Shown here one piece after another: positions 55,025 through 62,499 of a stretch of 64,000 bases of DNA. A model generated the notes under the pieces. The model saw only the letters and a program-made list of their open reading frames with translations. It did no database searches and was not told the DNA's origin. The DNA is taken from IMG/VR virus record IMGVR_UViG_3300032265_002598, positions 137,068 to 201,067 of that record; one strand, written 5' to 3'. Every line of letters begins with the position of its first letter. The stretch's first letter is position 1. The position numbers were made by a program, and so were the translations under genes. Origin of the DNA: a virus. Lineage: Duplodnaviria > Caudoviricetes.

Positions 55025-55118
55025 CTTTTTTCTTTCTAAAAATTCTTTCGTAGTTTTTATCCCAAGTTTCTTGAGAAACTAAACTGACTCGTCTTTTAGA
55101 CCCTTTACCATTCTGCAT
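54993..55118 (-). CDS. Unannotated 41-aa basic protein
   Basis: Manual translation MQNGKGSKRRVSLVSQETWDKNYERIFRKKKDGKRNESKRK; the GKGSKRR...Y.RIF pattern recurs in phage small proteins. Confidence 0.65.
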   Translation of the reverse strand: MQNGKGSKRRVSLVSQETWDKNYERIFRKKKDGKRNESKRK

Positions 55119-55120
55119 AA

Positions 55121-55831
55121 TTAGTTCTCCAGAACATAACTCCAGTAACGACTATCTTCTTTCTTTTGCAGATCGTCCCAATAGATTGATCGGGCAACAT
55201 ATGATGGAACTTTAAGCTTTCCACAATTTACCATCCAGTGACGCTCCATCTTTTTATAAATCTCTGAGCCAGACTTACTCTTATTATACTTTAGAGCCTC
55301 AACATCGTAAAGCCTAAGTTGATGAATATCTCCACACAGCACCCTTGCCTCATTAGGGTGGATCATCTCAAGAGCAAAGCTAATTTTAGCCAACCCAATT
55401 CCACTAATCTTATTAAGGATACTGTCTCGTTTCTTAACATGATACTTCTTAGTAGTCAAATAAAAGTCTTTAGGATTAGCCCAAAACTTGGTACTAAAAT
55501 CCCAGATATAAGTGGTGCGATTATTGTGTAGACCGACGCCACTCTTATGAAGTTTTTCCAAAAGAATTTCTTTGCTATCTACCCATTCGCTAAAATTCTT
55601 AATAGCATTATATCCTTTGACATTACCTTGCCAAGTGGTGTGAACTGAGCAATAGGCAAAAAGATAGCGACGAAAAATATCTTCATCAGTCTTGGGACGA
55701 ACAGTTTCCCAATAATCTTTATAAGCAACAACCTTGTCCTTGGGAAAATTCTTAAAAAATTCATCAGCCTTGCTGGTACTCATAACAACAGGCTTTTTTT
55801 CAATTCGATCTTGCTGGATTAGGTCAGACAT
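55121..55831 (-). CDS. HhH-GPD-superfamily DNA glycosylase/AP lyase (Ogg/EndoIII-like)
   Basis: HhH ISGIGLAKISFAL followed by LCGDIHQLR (catalytic Asp). Likely start is MSDLIQQ at 55831. Confidence 0.72.
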   Translation of the reverse strand: MSDLIQQDRIEKKPVVMSTSKADEFFKNFPKDKVVAYKDYWETVRPKTDEDIFRRYLFAYCSVHTTWQGNVKGYNAIKNFSEWVDSKEILLEKLHKSGVGLHNNRTTYIWDFSTKFWANPKDFYLTTKKYHVKKRDSILNKISGIGLAKISFALEMIHPNEARVLCGDIHQLRLYDVEALKYNKSKSGSEIYKKMERHWMVNCGKLKVPSYVARSIYWDDLQKKEDSRYWSYVLEN

Positions 55832-55867
55832 TTCAACTCCAAGTTTGTTTCCAAAGTGTATGCTGTG

Positions 55868-55896
55868 ATTGTACACTAGTCCTATCGTCTTGTCAA
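55868..55896 (-). promoter_or_regulatory. sigma70-type promoter of the glycosylase gene
   Basis: TTGACA-N17-TACAAT with TG extension and ACGAT in the spacer. Confidence 0.8.
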
Positions 55897-55907
55897 GCCA
55901 CTGCTCT

Positions 55908-56333
55908 TTAGTTTTTATCCTGACTTAGCCTTTTTTCTTCCACGATGCTATCAAATTTCTTGGTATGATAATTATATTCCCAAGGTCGCCATCTTATTTT
56001 TGTACTAACTATAGTTTTAATTTCTTGTCCAGTTTTTACATCTGTATATTTCGCTATAGCCCAATAATATTCCTCGCCCTTTACAACATCTTCAAGAATT
56101 TGAAAATCATGTGGATATCCTAATTCAGAATGTATCCTATTTTTACCCATCCATTTAACATAATTTTCTATCTGCTCATTATATTCTATAGGGAAAAAGA
56201 TATTATTAATTGATCTTTCTATAACAACAGCTTTTTCTCCAACATATTCTGAGTTGCAGATAAATCCTATAGCAACACCGACAAATAAAAATAGCCAGTG
56301 ATAAAAAATTGACCGTATAACAATCTTGTGCAT
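55908..56333 (-). CDS. Membrane-anchored hypothetical protein
   Basis: HWLFLFVGVAIGFIC transmembrane segment. Confidence 0.55.
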   Translation of the reverse strand: MHKIVIRSIFYHWLFLFVGVAIGFICNSEYVGEKAVVIERSINNIFFPIEYNEQIENYVKWMGKNRIHSELGYPHDFQILEDVVKGEEYYWAIAKYTDVKTGQEIKTIVSTKIRWRPWEYNYHTKKFDSIVEEKRLSQDKN

Positions 56334-56361
56334 GGTAGGCTCCTTTGAGGCGGGACATTTT

Positions 56362-56369
56362 TATACACC
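56362..56369 (-). promoter_or_regulatory. RGTGTATW motif upstream of 55908..56333
   Basis: GGTGTATAAAAAT. Confidence 0.5.
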
Positions 56370-56390
56370 GCTCTTAATTGGAACCAATAA

Positions 56391-57689
56391 TCAAATATCC
56401 CTCTCATCCCCATGCAAAATCTTAAATGTCGGAAATCTTAGGCTAATACCACCCTTTTCATTTTCTGTTTCCTCAAAGTATTGAACGGTAATTTGCTTTC
56501 CAAGAATTTTCTTAGGGTTCTTATAAAACTCCTGTCTTTGATCAATACTAAAACCAGAACCCACCCTGACAGTATGACCCTTATGTTGAATCATAACACA
56601 ACTCAACATAATCTCTTCACACTCTGCACCATCTTTAACATAGCGGAACGGCCCCATTTCAGTATCTAGAACTTCATATTCGTCATCAAAGAATGATTTA
56701 TATTTGAGAAGGTCTTTTGATCGCTTACCCTTATAAGGAGTATCTGCACGAAGCATAAGTCCCTCCCAACCATTCTGAGTAGATTCTTTGACAAATTCTT
56801 GAAAATGGTTTTCGTCCTTAATCAAAGACTGACCCAATAGTGTTAGACATGGACATTCATTCTTTTTCATAACTTCTGTAAGATTCTTGAGTCTGATACC
56901 AAAGGGTCTATTATATTCTCCTTTCTGACTATAAAATTCATCATGAGTAATCATATCAAAAATCTTATAGGAAGGATTAGGAATAGTATGATCCTTCTTG
57001 CGAAGTTCCTTCATTACTCCTTGAAAATCCTCATTACCATCTTCATCAACAAGACAAAGTTCTCCATCAAGAACTACATTAGTAAGTCCCAAAGCTTTAA
57101 TCCCACCGCTAACAACGTCAAGAGTATCAAAGTTTTTTCCCGTGCGGGAATAAAAGGTAGTATTACCATTACTGTCAACAATAGCAATACATCTAGCACC
57201 GTCGATCTTCCTGCTAACATACCATCCATCCTTCCAGTCTACAATTTTAGGAACATACTTGTCCGCTAATGCAACGCTAAATGTTGGAATGTGATCTGGA
57301 ATAGCCTTATTGATTAACTTATCTCCAGCACGGGTTTTCAAGTCTTTATCAATGATGCAGTGAATTAGTTGTTCGTGTCCATTATTGTCAATAAAAGTAT
57401 TAACTGCTCCAATAGCATCGTGTCCTGTAATTTCTCTATTCTTCAAAGAATCCAGCAAATCAAAAATAGTTTTAAAAGATTGTCCTCTGAGAGAGGATTT
57501 CTTTTTGAGATTATCGCTGGTCACATTATACTGCCAAAGAGGATGATAAGTATAGAGCAAAATCTTTTTGATAAAATCTGCTCCAGCCTGATTGGAAGAG
57601 GTATAATCCTCAATAATTCCAACTTTATCAAGTGTACTACTAGTTGCTTTCAGATCACGAACAAAACCATTAAGATGCTCAAATGACAT
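56391..57689 (-). CDS. lig: ATP-dependent DNA ligase
   Basis: Motif I KIDGAR, LDGEL, YKIFD, EGLMLR, KRSKDLLKYK, VGSGF, LRFP. Likely start is MSFEHL at 57689. Confidence 0.93.
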   Translation of the reverse strand: MSFEHLNGFVRDLKATSSTLDKVGIIEDYTSSNQAGADFIKKILLYTYHPLWQYNVTSDNLKKKSSLRGQSFKTIFDLLDSLKNREITGHDAIGAVNTFIDNNGHEQLIHCIIDKDLKTRAGDKLINKAIPDHIPTFSVALADKYVPKIVDWKDGWYVSRKIDGARCIAIVDSNGNTTFYSRTGKNFDTLDVVSGGIKALGLTNVVLDGELCLVDEDGNEDFQGVMKELRKKDHTIPNPSYKIFDMITHDEFYSQKGEYNRPFGIRLKNLTEVMKKNECPCLTLLGQSLIKDENHFQEFVKESTQNGWEGLMLRADTPYKGKRSKDLLKYKSFFDDEYEVLDTEMGPFRYVKDGAECEEIMLSCVMIQHKGHTVRVGSGFSIDQRQEFYKNPKKILGKQITVQYFEETENEKGGISLRFPTFKILHGDERDI

Positions 57690-57714
57690 TTCCAATTTCT
57701 CCTGTGTTTTCCCA

Positions 57715-57743
57715 AGTATAGCATACGGTAATGCTGTTGTCAA
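57715..57743 (-). promoter_or_regulatory. sigma70-type promoter of the ligase gene
   Basis: TTGACA-N17-TATACT; the track's TTG start is the -35 box. Confidence 0.8.
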
Positions 57744-58162
57744 GCATCATTTCGTCTTTTCTCTAGCAAATGGTTTAAAGAAAAAACCACGCCTTGAATA
57801 ATGTGATTTAGCACAGCTTGATCTTCAACTTTACTTCTTACTGATAAGTATTTCAAAGCAGCAACAATACCTTCTAAATTATCTCCTAATTTTCCTATCC
57901 CTATATTACAAGTTTCACATAACCATCCCCTAAAGGTATGATAAACATGGTCATGATCTAGGTGCCATTTATCTGGGCTACAAAAACAACACTCACAACC
58001 CTCTGGTTTTATTGGTGCCTTTTTTCTTAGCTTATTTCTAATCTTAGTATGTTTCTTCACACACTTTCTGCATCTACTGTCCAGATTGTCTTTATGTCCA
58101 ATATGTCTAGCAAAAGACTTGGCATTTTTTCTTTTCCCACAGTATATGCAAATCTTTCTCAT
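57740..58162 (-). CDS. Endonuclease VII-domain protein
   Basis: CECC...LDHDH...FRGWLCETCN.GIG.LGDN....ALKYL. Confidence 0.85.
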   Translation of the reverse strand: MRKICIYCGKRKNAKSFARHIGHKDNLDSRCRKCVKKHTKIRNKLRKKAPIKPEGCECCFCSPDKWHLDHDHVYHTFRGWLCETCNIGIGKLGDNLEGIVAALKYLSVRSKVEDQAVLNHIIQGVVFSLNHLLEKRRNDA

Positions 58163-58170
58163 AATATAAG

Positions 58171-58519
58171 TGGACTAGGGCAGAGTCGAACTGCCGTCCA
58201 GAATAAACATCAATATAAACTTCTACATCGTTAGTTGGTTGTTATCACACTACCAACAAAGCTATCAGAATTATCTGCGTCAGATTGAGTACAATCATCA
58301 GTCCCATTTATGTCTGGTAGGACTACCATATCCGAATATCGGAGTCAGCATGATTTGGTAATAAGGCTCATGCCGCCCCACTCATTACCTAATTAATTAG
58401 GCAGCGAGAGCAAGAGATGTCTTGCCAATTAACAATTTGAATACCTTTTATACTGGCCCAGTATTCAACCAGTCGATGCGATCTATACCTAGATTACCTG
58501 TCGATACCTTTACTAGCCC
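58171..58519 (-). ncRNA. ssrA: tmRNA (one-piece), tag (A)GKTSLALAA
   Basis: Acceptor GGGCTAG/CTAGTCC-A with G3.U70; T arm GGCAG-TTCGACT-CTGCC; tag ORF GGC AAG ACA TCT CTT GCT CTC GCT GCC TAA at 58426..58397; 349 nt. Confidence 0.93.
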
Positions 58520-58701
58520 GTTTTAGTATACCCCCAAACTTTTGGTTTTATGTTAAATTCTGGTGGCTGTTCTATAATAATCCTAGCTGGCTTGTTTGCC
58601 AACTTTTTGAGTCTTTGTATATTGGCATACAAAACCATATTAAAGCCTAGTGATGTTATAAATAGTCCTATGAAGATAACTGTTAAAGGTTGTAGTTTCA
58701 T
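58513..58701 (-). CDS. Small membrane-anchored protein between tRNA-Ile and tmRNA
   Basis: Likely start MKLQPL at 58701 (AAGG RBS), one transmembrane segment; its stop codon lies inside the tmRNA acceptor stem. Confidence 0.6.
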   Translation of the reverse strand: MKLQPLTVIFIGLFITSLGFNMVLYANIQRLKKLANKPARIIIEQPPEFNIKPKVWGYTKTG

Positions 58702-58717
58702 ATTAAATCCTTTTAAG

Positions 58718-58793
58718 TAGGGCGTGTCTGAGTCGAACAGACCTATGAACACCTTATAAGAGTGTCGGATGCAACCGGCTTACCTTACGCCCC
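58718..58793 (-). tRNA. trnI: tRNA-Ile(UAU)
   Basis: GGGGCGT/ACGCCCT acceptor, ACACT-CTTATAA-GGTGT anticodon arm, GTCTG-TTCGACT-CAGAC T arm, A73. Confidence 0.88.
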
Positions 58794-58806
58794 GTGTTGT
58801 TTTCCT

Positions 58807-58835
58807 ATTGTAGTCTATCGACCATCCTCTGTCAA
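58807..58835 (-). promoter_or_regulatory. sigma70-type promoter of tRNA-Ile/tmRNA
   Basis: TTGACA-N17-TACAAT with TCGAT in the spacer. Confidence 0.8.
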
Positions 58836-58866
58836 CTCTTGAATCAAAAATCGTATCCTTGGCGTT

Positions 58867-59022
58867 TTATATGGATTCATTAATTATTTCGGTGAGTTTT
58901 TTCTGATAATCTTCTAGTTTCAAGACGCTTTCATAACAACCTCTACAAGAATCAGAATTTAGATATTCCTGCAACTCGTATATTTTTTCTTTTAGTTCAT
59001 TGATTTCGTTTTGATTACTCAT
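58867..59022 (-). CDS. Unannotated 51-aa protein
   Basis: Manual translation MSNQNEINELKEKIYELQEYLNSDSCRGCYESVLKLEDYQKKLTEIINESI; coiled coil with CxxC. Confidence 0.55.
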   Translation of the reverse strand: MSNQNEINELKEKIYELQEYLNSDSCRGCYESVLKLEDYQKKLTEIINESI

Positions 59023-59389
59023 AATTATTTCTAGAACAAGAGGCAATATGGAATTCTTCTGAAGATTTTATATGCCAAAAGATCATTTCATTTATTTCAT
59101 CATCCCATGCACACTCTATCTCTCCAGAAGATGCAAGCTTACTTAGACTACTATTATATAGCCAAGCTTTAATATTGTCAAATATCAGATTATAATTATC
59201 TTCACTCACTAAAAATTCATCATTAGAAGAAATTTCAGCATACTGTCTTATTAGATTTTCTGTTTGACCAACTGAAATCAACTCATCTATTTGAGCAGAA
59301 TAAGATTTGGGGAAACAAAAAACAACATTCTTTCTGATACTCTTAGCAAACAATTTGATGTTTTTAACTTTGTAGTATTCAGTCATCAT
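59015..59389 (-). CDS. Hypothetical protein (paralog family)
   Basis: C-terminal LSKLASSGEIECAWDDEINEMIFW. Confidence 0.65.
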   Translation of the reverse strand: MMTEYYKVKNIKLFAKSIRKNVVFCFPKSYSAQIDELISVGQTENLIRQYAEISSNDEFLVSEDNYNLIFDNIKAWLYNSSLSKLASSGEIECAWDDEINEMIFWHIKSSEEFHIASCSRNNYE

Positions 59390-59750
59390 TATCTACTGAC
59401 GGTTTTGCTGGAATATTAGTCTTGTCTTTATTAGCTAACCAGAATACCATCTCATTAGCTTCATCATCCCATGCACAATCTACAAAGCCTTTTGCTGCCA
59501 GCTTAGAAAGTCCAACACCATAAAGCCAGTCCCTAATCTCCCCAAACATTTCATCAAAAATATCAGAGTTAATAATGTAGTTTCCGTCCTCATCCAAACC
59601 AAGATTATTTTTCTTGATAAGATTGATTATTTGCTCAATAGTGATGAAATCATCAAGATTTTCTGTGTAGTCTTTTTCAAAAGAAGATGCGGCACCATCT
59701 CTCATAGCCTTAGCATATCCCTCAAGATCAATAATACTATAGGTTTCCAT
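59379..59750 (-). CDS. Hypothetical protein (paralog family)
   Basis: C-terminal LSKLAAKGFVDCAWDDEANEMVFW. Confidence 0.65.
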   Translation of the reverse strand: METYSIIDLEGYAKAMRDGAASSFEKDYTENLDDFITIEQIINLIKKNNLGLDEDGNYIINSDIFDEMFGEIRDWLYGVGLSKLAAKGFVDCAWDDEANEMVFWLANKDKTNIPAKPSVDNDD

Positions 59751-59765
59751 AATAGTCTTTCCAAA

Positions 59766-60050
59766 TTAGAGATACTTATTGATATTCTTGTCGCCACTGT
59801 CTATCATTTTACACCGCTCTATCAGATTGTCAATAGTGTTCTGCAAACTATACTCGCCTCTACTTAGCCACTTTTTATCCTCATAAAGAGCAGTGGTAAT
59901 TTGAGGCAGATAAAACTGGATAGCTCTTTCAAATTCTTCTGGAAAATATGTTTTAAGAATACGCTCAATATGAAATAAACTACCTACCATCTCGTCACGG
60001 TAATCTATGAGCCTATTAATCTGATCCCGCTGTTCCTGTGTAAGAGACAT
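59766..60050 (-). CDS. Hypothetical protein
   Basis: Packed ORF. Confidence 0.55.
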   Translation of the reverse strand: MSLTQEQRDQINRLIDYRDEMVGSLFHIERILKTYFPEEFERAIQFYLPQITTALYEDKKWLSRGEYSLQNTIDNLIERCKMIDSGDKNINKYL

Positions 60051-60454
60051 TACGCCTCCACTTTTTGTTTGAGTTTCATAAGCTTGTGTTTAATCTTCCA
60101 TACGCCAGTTTCTTTGTTCTGAATATCTGGCCCCATATAGATATGACAAAAGCCTTGATGCTTGTCCAGCCCCCATGCTTTAATTCCATCATGGTCAAGA
60201 CCCTCCACAACAAAACGACCCCTATAACCCATAGGAACAAAATCTCCCTTGGATACAAAGTATGGGCCTCCACCAACTCTGATACGATCTCCCTTTACCA
60301 GTTCTTTCCAATTAAAGTCACGAATGATCTTGGTGTTCTTTGCTTCTTTGCTCTTTGCCTTGAAAACAAACGGAGCATTGCATTTAGGACACATATAAGC
60401 TCTTGGGCCTGTGGTAGCTCCACATTTATCACAAGTTTTTTGACCCTTACCCAT
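60050..60454 (-). CDS. Double Zn-ribbon protein with SH3-like C terminus
   Basis: CDKCG...CPKCN; own promoter and AGGAG RBS. Confidence 0.65.
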   Translation of the reverse strand: MGKGQKTCDKCGATTGPRAYMCPKCNAPFVFKAKSKEAKNTKIIRDFNWKELVKGDRIRVGGGPYFVSKGDFVPMGYRGRFVVEGLDHDGIKAWGLDKHQGFCHIYMGPDIQNKETGVWKIKHKLMKLKQKVEA

Positions 60455-60490
60455 CTTAGTTTCTCCTGTGTTAGTTGACGTTACTCCTCA

Positions 60491-60518
60491 AGTATACAAC
60501 AGTAATCGGCACTGTCAA
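60491..60518 (-). promoter_or_regulatory. sigma70-type promoter
   Basis: TTGACA-N16-TATACT with TG extension and CCGAT in the spacer. Confidence 0.75.
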
Positions 60519-60546
60519 GAGGAAATCTTTAGCAGTTTTGAGAATT

Positions 60547-60951
60547 TCAGATATACCTCTGTCTCTCTGCTTCCTTATCAGAAAGAGTTCTAACCCACGC
60601 ATGAATAGGATTCCCATCTTCATCAAGTTTTTTATATCTAACTTTTCCTTTTTCTCCAGTAACCTCACAGGTAATATAACTAATACTTTCTGCCATATCT
60701 ATTGCTCCGCAAATATATTCATCTGCACCATAACAGTAAGCTCTTAAACCTCCAAATTTTTCTTTAATTTGATTCCAATAAAAGAATTCTAGTGGCTCAT
60801 TAAGTCTTCGTTTATAGTCAATACGATTATTTACAATATAACAAAGTTTAGACAGAATCTCATACCAGCCGTCATCACACTCTAAATATTTGAGATTTTT
60901 AAACTGTTCTGAGTATTGTTCAATTAATTTATTGGATAGTTCAGGACTCAT
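60547..60951 (-). CDS. Conserved phage hypothetical protein
   Basis: ECDDGWY, QIKEKFGGLR.Y, SYITCEVTG..G, WVRTL. Confidence 0.7.
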   Translation of the reverse strand: MSPELSNKLIEQYSEQFKNLKYLECDDGWYEILSKLCYIVNNRIDYKRRLNEPLEFFYWNQIKEKFGGLRAYCYGADEYICGAIDMAESISYITCEVTGEKGKVRYKKLDEDGNPIHAWVRTLSDKEAERQRYI

Positions 60952-61213
60952 TGTAGTTTACCTTGTGTATAATTTTTGTTCCTAAATGAGCGTTACTAAG
61001 CTCCCCCTCATTATTTATAGCTTCTTTACAAAGTCTTTCAAATTCTTTTCTATCAATCTTTCGACCATCAAGAATAGTTTCTTCAAGATATTTCTGTGTT
61101 AATTCTTCTGGCTTATCACACAAGATAGTATCATAGGCGTGTTCAAGATTCTTTGCATCAACAATATATTTGTGTCTATAAAGAGAAACAGTGTTAACTT
61201 CAAATAGTGGCAT
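60941..61213 (-). CDS. Hypothetical protein
   Basis: Packed ORF. Confidence 0.55.
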   Translation of the reverse strand: MPLFEVNTVSLYRHKYIVDAKNLEHAYDTILCDKPEELTQKYLEETILDGRKIDRKEFERLCKEAINNEGELSNAHLGTKIIHKVNYNES

Positions 61214-61214
61214 A

Positions 61215-61463
61215 TTAAAATTTCCTTTTTAGATCTTCTGGTTTTTTATCTGGATCGGGAATAATAGTCAGAATATTCTTTCTAAACGTAGTCATATAAC
61301 TTTGAGCAATTTTACGTTTAATCAAACCTTCTTCTTCAATTTCAGTATAAACATTAATTCGATAATAGTCATGAAAAACATTTATTACCTTAGTCATAGA
61401 ATGATGTTTGGGTTTTTTTACTTGTTCAAACAAAAGACTTTCAATTTCATAATCACTAATCAT
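61215..61463 (-). CDS. Hypothetical protein
   Basis: Packed ORF. Confidence 0.55.
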   Translation of the reverse strand: MISDYEIESLLFEQVKKPKHHSMTKVINVFHDYYRINVYTEIEEEGLIKRKIAQSYMTTFRKNILTIIPDPDKKPEDLKRKF

Positions 61464-61678
61464 CTAGCTCTCCTATTTGCTCGGTCTAAAATCCTAATAG
61501 TTTCTTTAGCATTACTTGGCACCATAACTAAACTTGGTGCGGTCTTATGTCCCCAATCCATATATCCAACAGCCTTTTGCTCTGCTGAACATTCTTTACA
61601 TACTATATTGCGGTTAGTTTCGACCAAAAATTCATATCTGTCAACACCAACACAATTCTTACAATAGATACAATTCAT
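61460..61678 (-). CDS. Small Zn-finger (DksA/TraR-like C4) protein
   Basis: CIYC...RYEFL....CKECS. Confidence 0.55.
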   Translation of the reverse strand: MNCIYCKNCVGVDRYEFLVETNRNIVCKECSAEQKAVGYMDWGHKTAPSLVMVPSNAKETIRILDRANRRAR

Positions 61679-61713
61679 CGTGTCTCCAATGACAAAGAGT
61701 AGCCAACGCTGTG

Positions 61714-61741
61714 TTTATACCATAGCTATCGGCATTGTCAA
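61714..61741 (-). promoter_or_regulatory. sigma70-type promoter
   Basis: TTGACA-N16-TATAAA with CCGAT in the spacer; weaker -10. Confidence 0.55.
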
Positions 61742-62170
61742 GCTTTCAACCTTAATGGTTTTGGTTGGACAAATAAAATCCCCATTATCGTCACTATGAT
61801 ATACTTGAGTTAATCCAACAGCATTTAACAGTTTAGAACAGTTAACGCACGGTTTACTTCCAAGAATTAATCCTTGTCTGTTAATTCTAAGGACACATAT
61901 GCTCCAATTAGGATCAATGGAATTATAGCGATCAAGTAATTTAGAAATAAGATGAGATTCACTGTGAACATAAGGATACTCCAAATACTTAGGTATATTA
62001 AATCGTTTACCAATTCTGAAAGCTTTGGTACTCATCTTGATAGGATTATTCTGTGCAAATTCAATCATCTTGGTTCCATCAAAAGCAGCAGCATAATGAT
62101 AGCAACGAATAAGAGGATCGGGTTGCCAATGTTGATAGGCTTTCTTAATTGTTTTCTGAATTATCTTCAT
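61715..62170 (-). CDS. Cytidine-deaminase-fold protein (second deaminase)
   Basis: HSE...SKPCVNC Zn-binding motif. Confidence 0.75.
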   Translation of the reverse strand: MKIIQKTIKKAYQHWQPDPLIRCYHYAAAFDGTKMIEFAQNNPIKMSTKAFRIGKRFNIPKYLEYPYVHSESHLISKLLDRYNSIDPNWSICVLRINRQGLILGSKPCVNCSKLLNAVGLTQVYHSDDNGDFICPTKTIKVESLTMPIAMV

Positions 62171-62336
62171 TTAATGATCTGTTGAATGTAGTTAAGTCCA
62201 AAGAAATATATGTATCATCATTATCTTGACCGCTAATCTCAAATTCTTTATTATCAACTGGTAGTAGTCTATACCTTATAGGTTCTTTTATTACTGGTGT
62301 TTCTGGATTTAGTTTAATTTTTTTTGGTTCTTTCAT
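62145..62336 (-). CDS. Small hypothetical protein
   Basis: Packed ORF. Confidence 0.45.
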   Translation of the reverse strand: MKEPKKIKLNPETPVIKEPIRYRLLPVDNKEFEISGQDNDDTYISLDLTTFNRSLNEDNSENN

Positions 62337-62349
62337 AATTTAGTTCCTA

Positions 62350-62499
62350 TCATTTAGAAGCTAACATATATAAGCCCACATTTGCCGCCGCATATCCCAT
62401 ATAAGCAATAAACATACCGTAATTATTATGTAAATAACCTTGTTCTACTGCTATGTAAACATAAATTAAGCCAGTAATAAGAATAAGATTAGCTGACAT
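62350..62499 (-). CDS. Unannotated 49-aa two-TM membrane protein
   Basis: Manual translation MSANLILITGLIYVYIAVEQGYLHNNYGMFIAYMGYAAANVGLYMLASK; overlaps the uvsE stop. Confidence 0.65.
   Translation of the reverse strand: MSANLILITGLIYVYIAVEQGYLHNNYGMFIAYMGYAAANVGLYMLASK

Noticed and set aside
57690-57743. Extended ligase N terminus (and similarly the extension of 55121..55876)
   Set aside because: The extensions run through sigma70 promoter boxes; downstream ATGs have GGAG RBSs
58702-58752. Track N terminus of ORF 58513..58752
   Set aside because: It lies within tRNA-Ile; an RBS-preceded ATG at 58701 is more plausible
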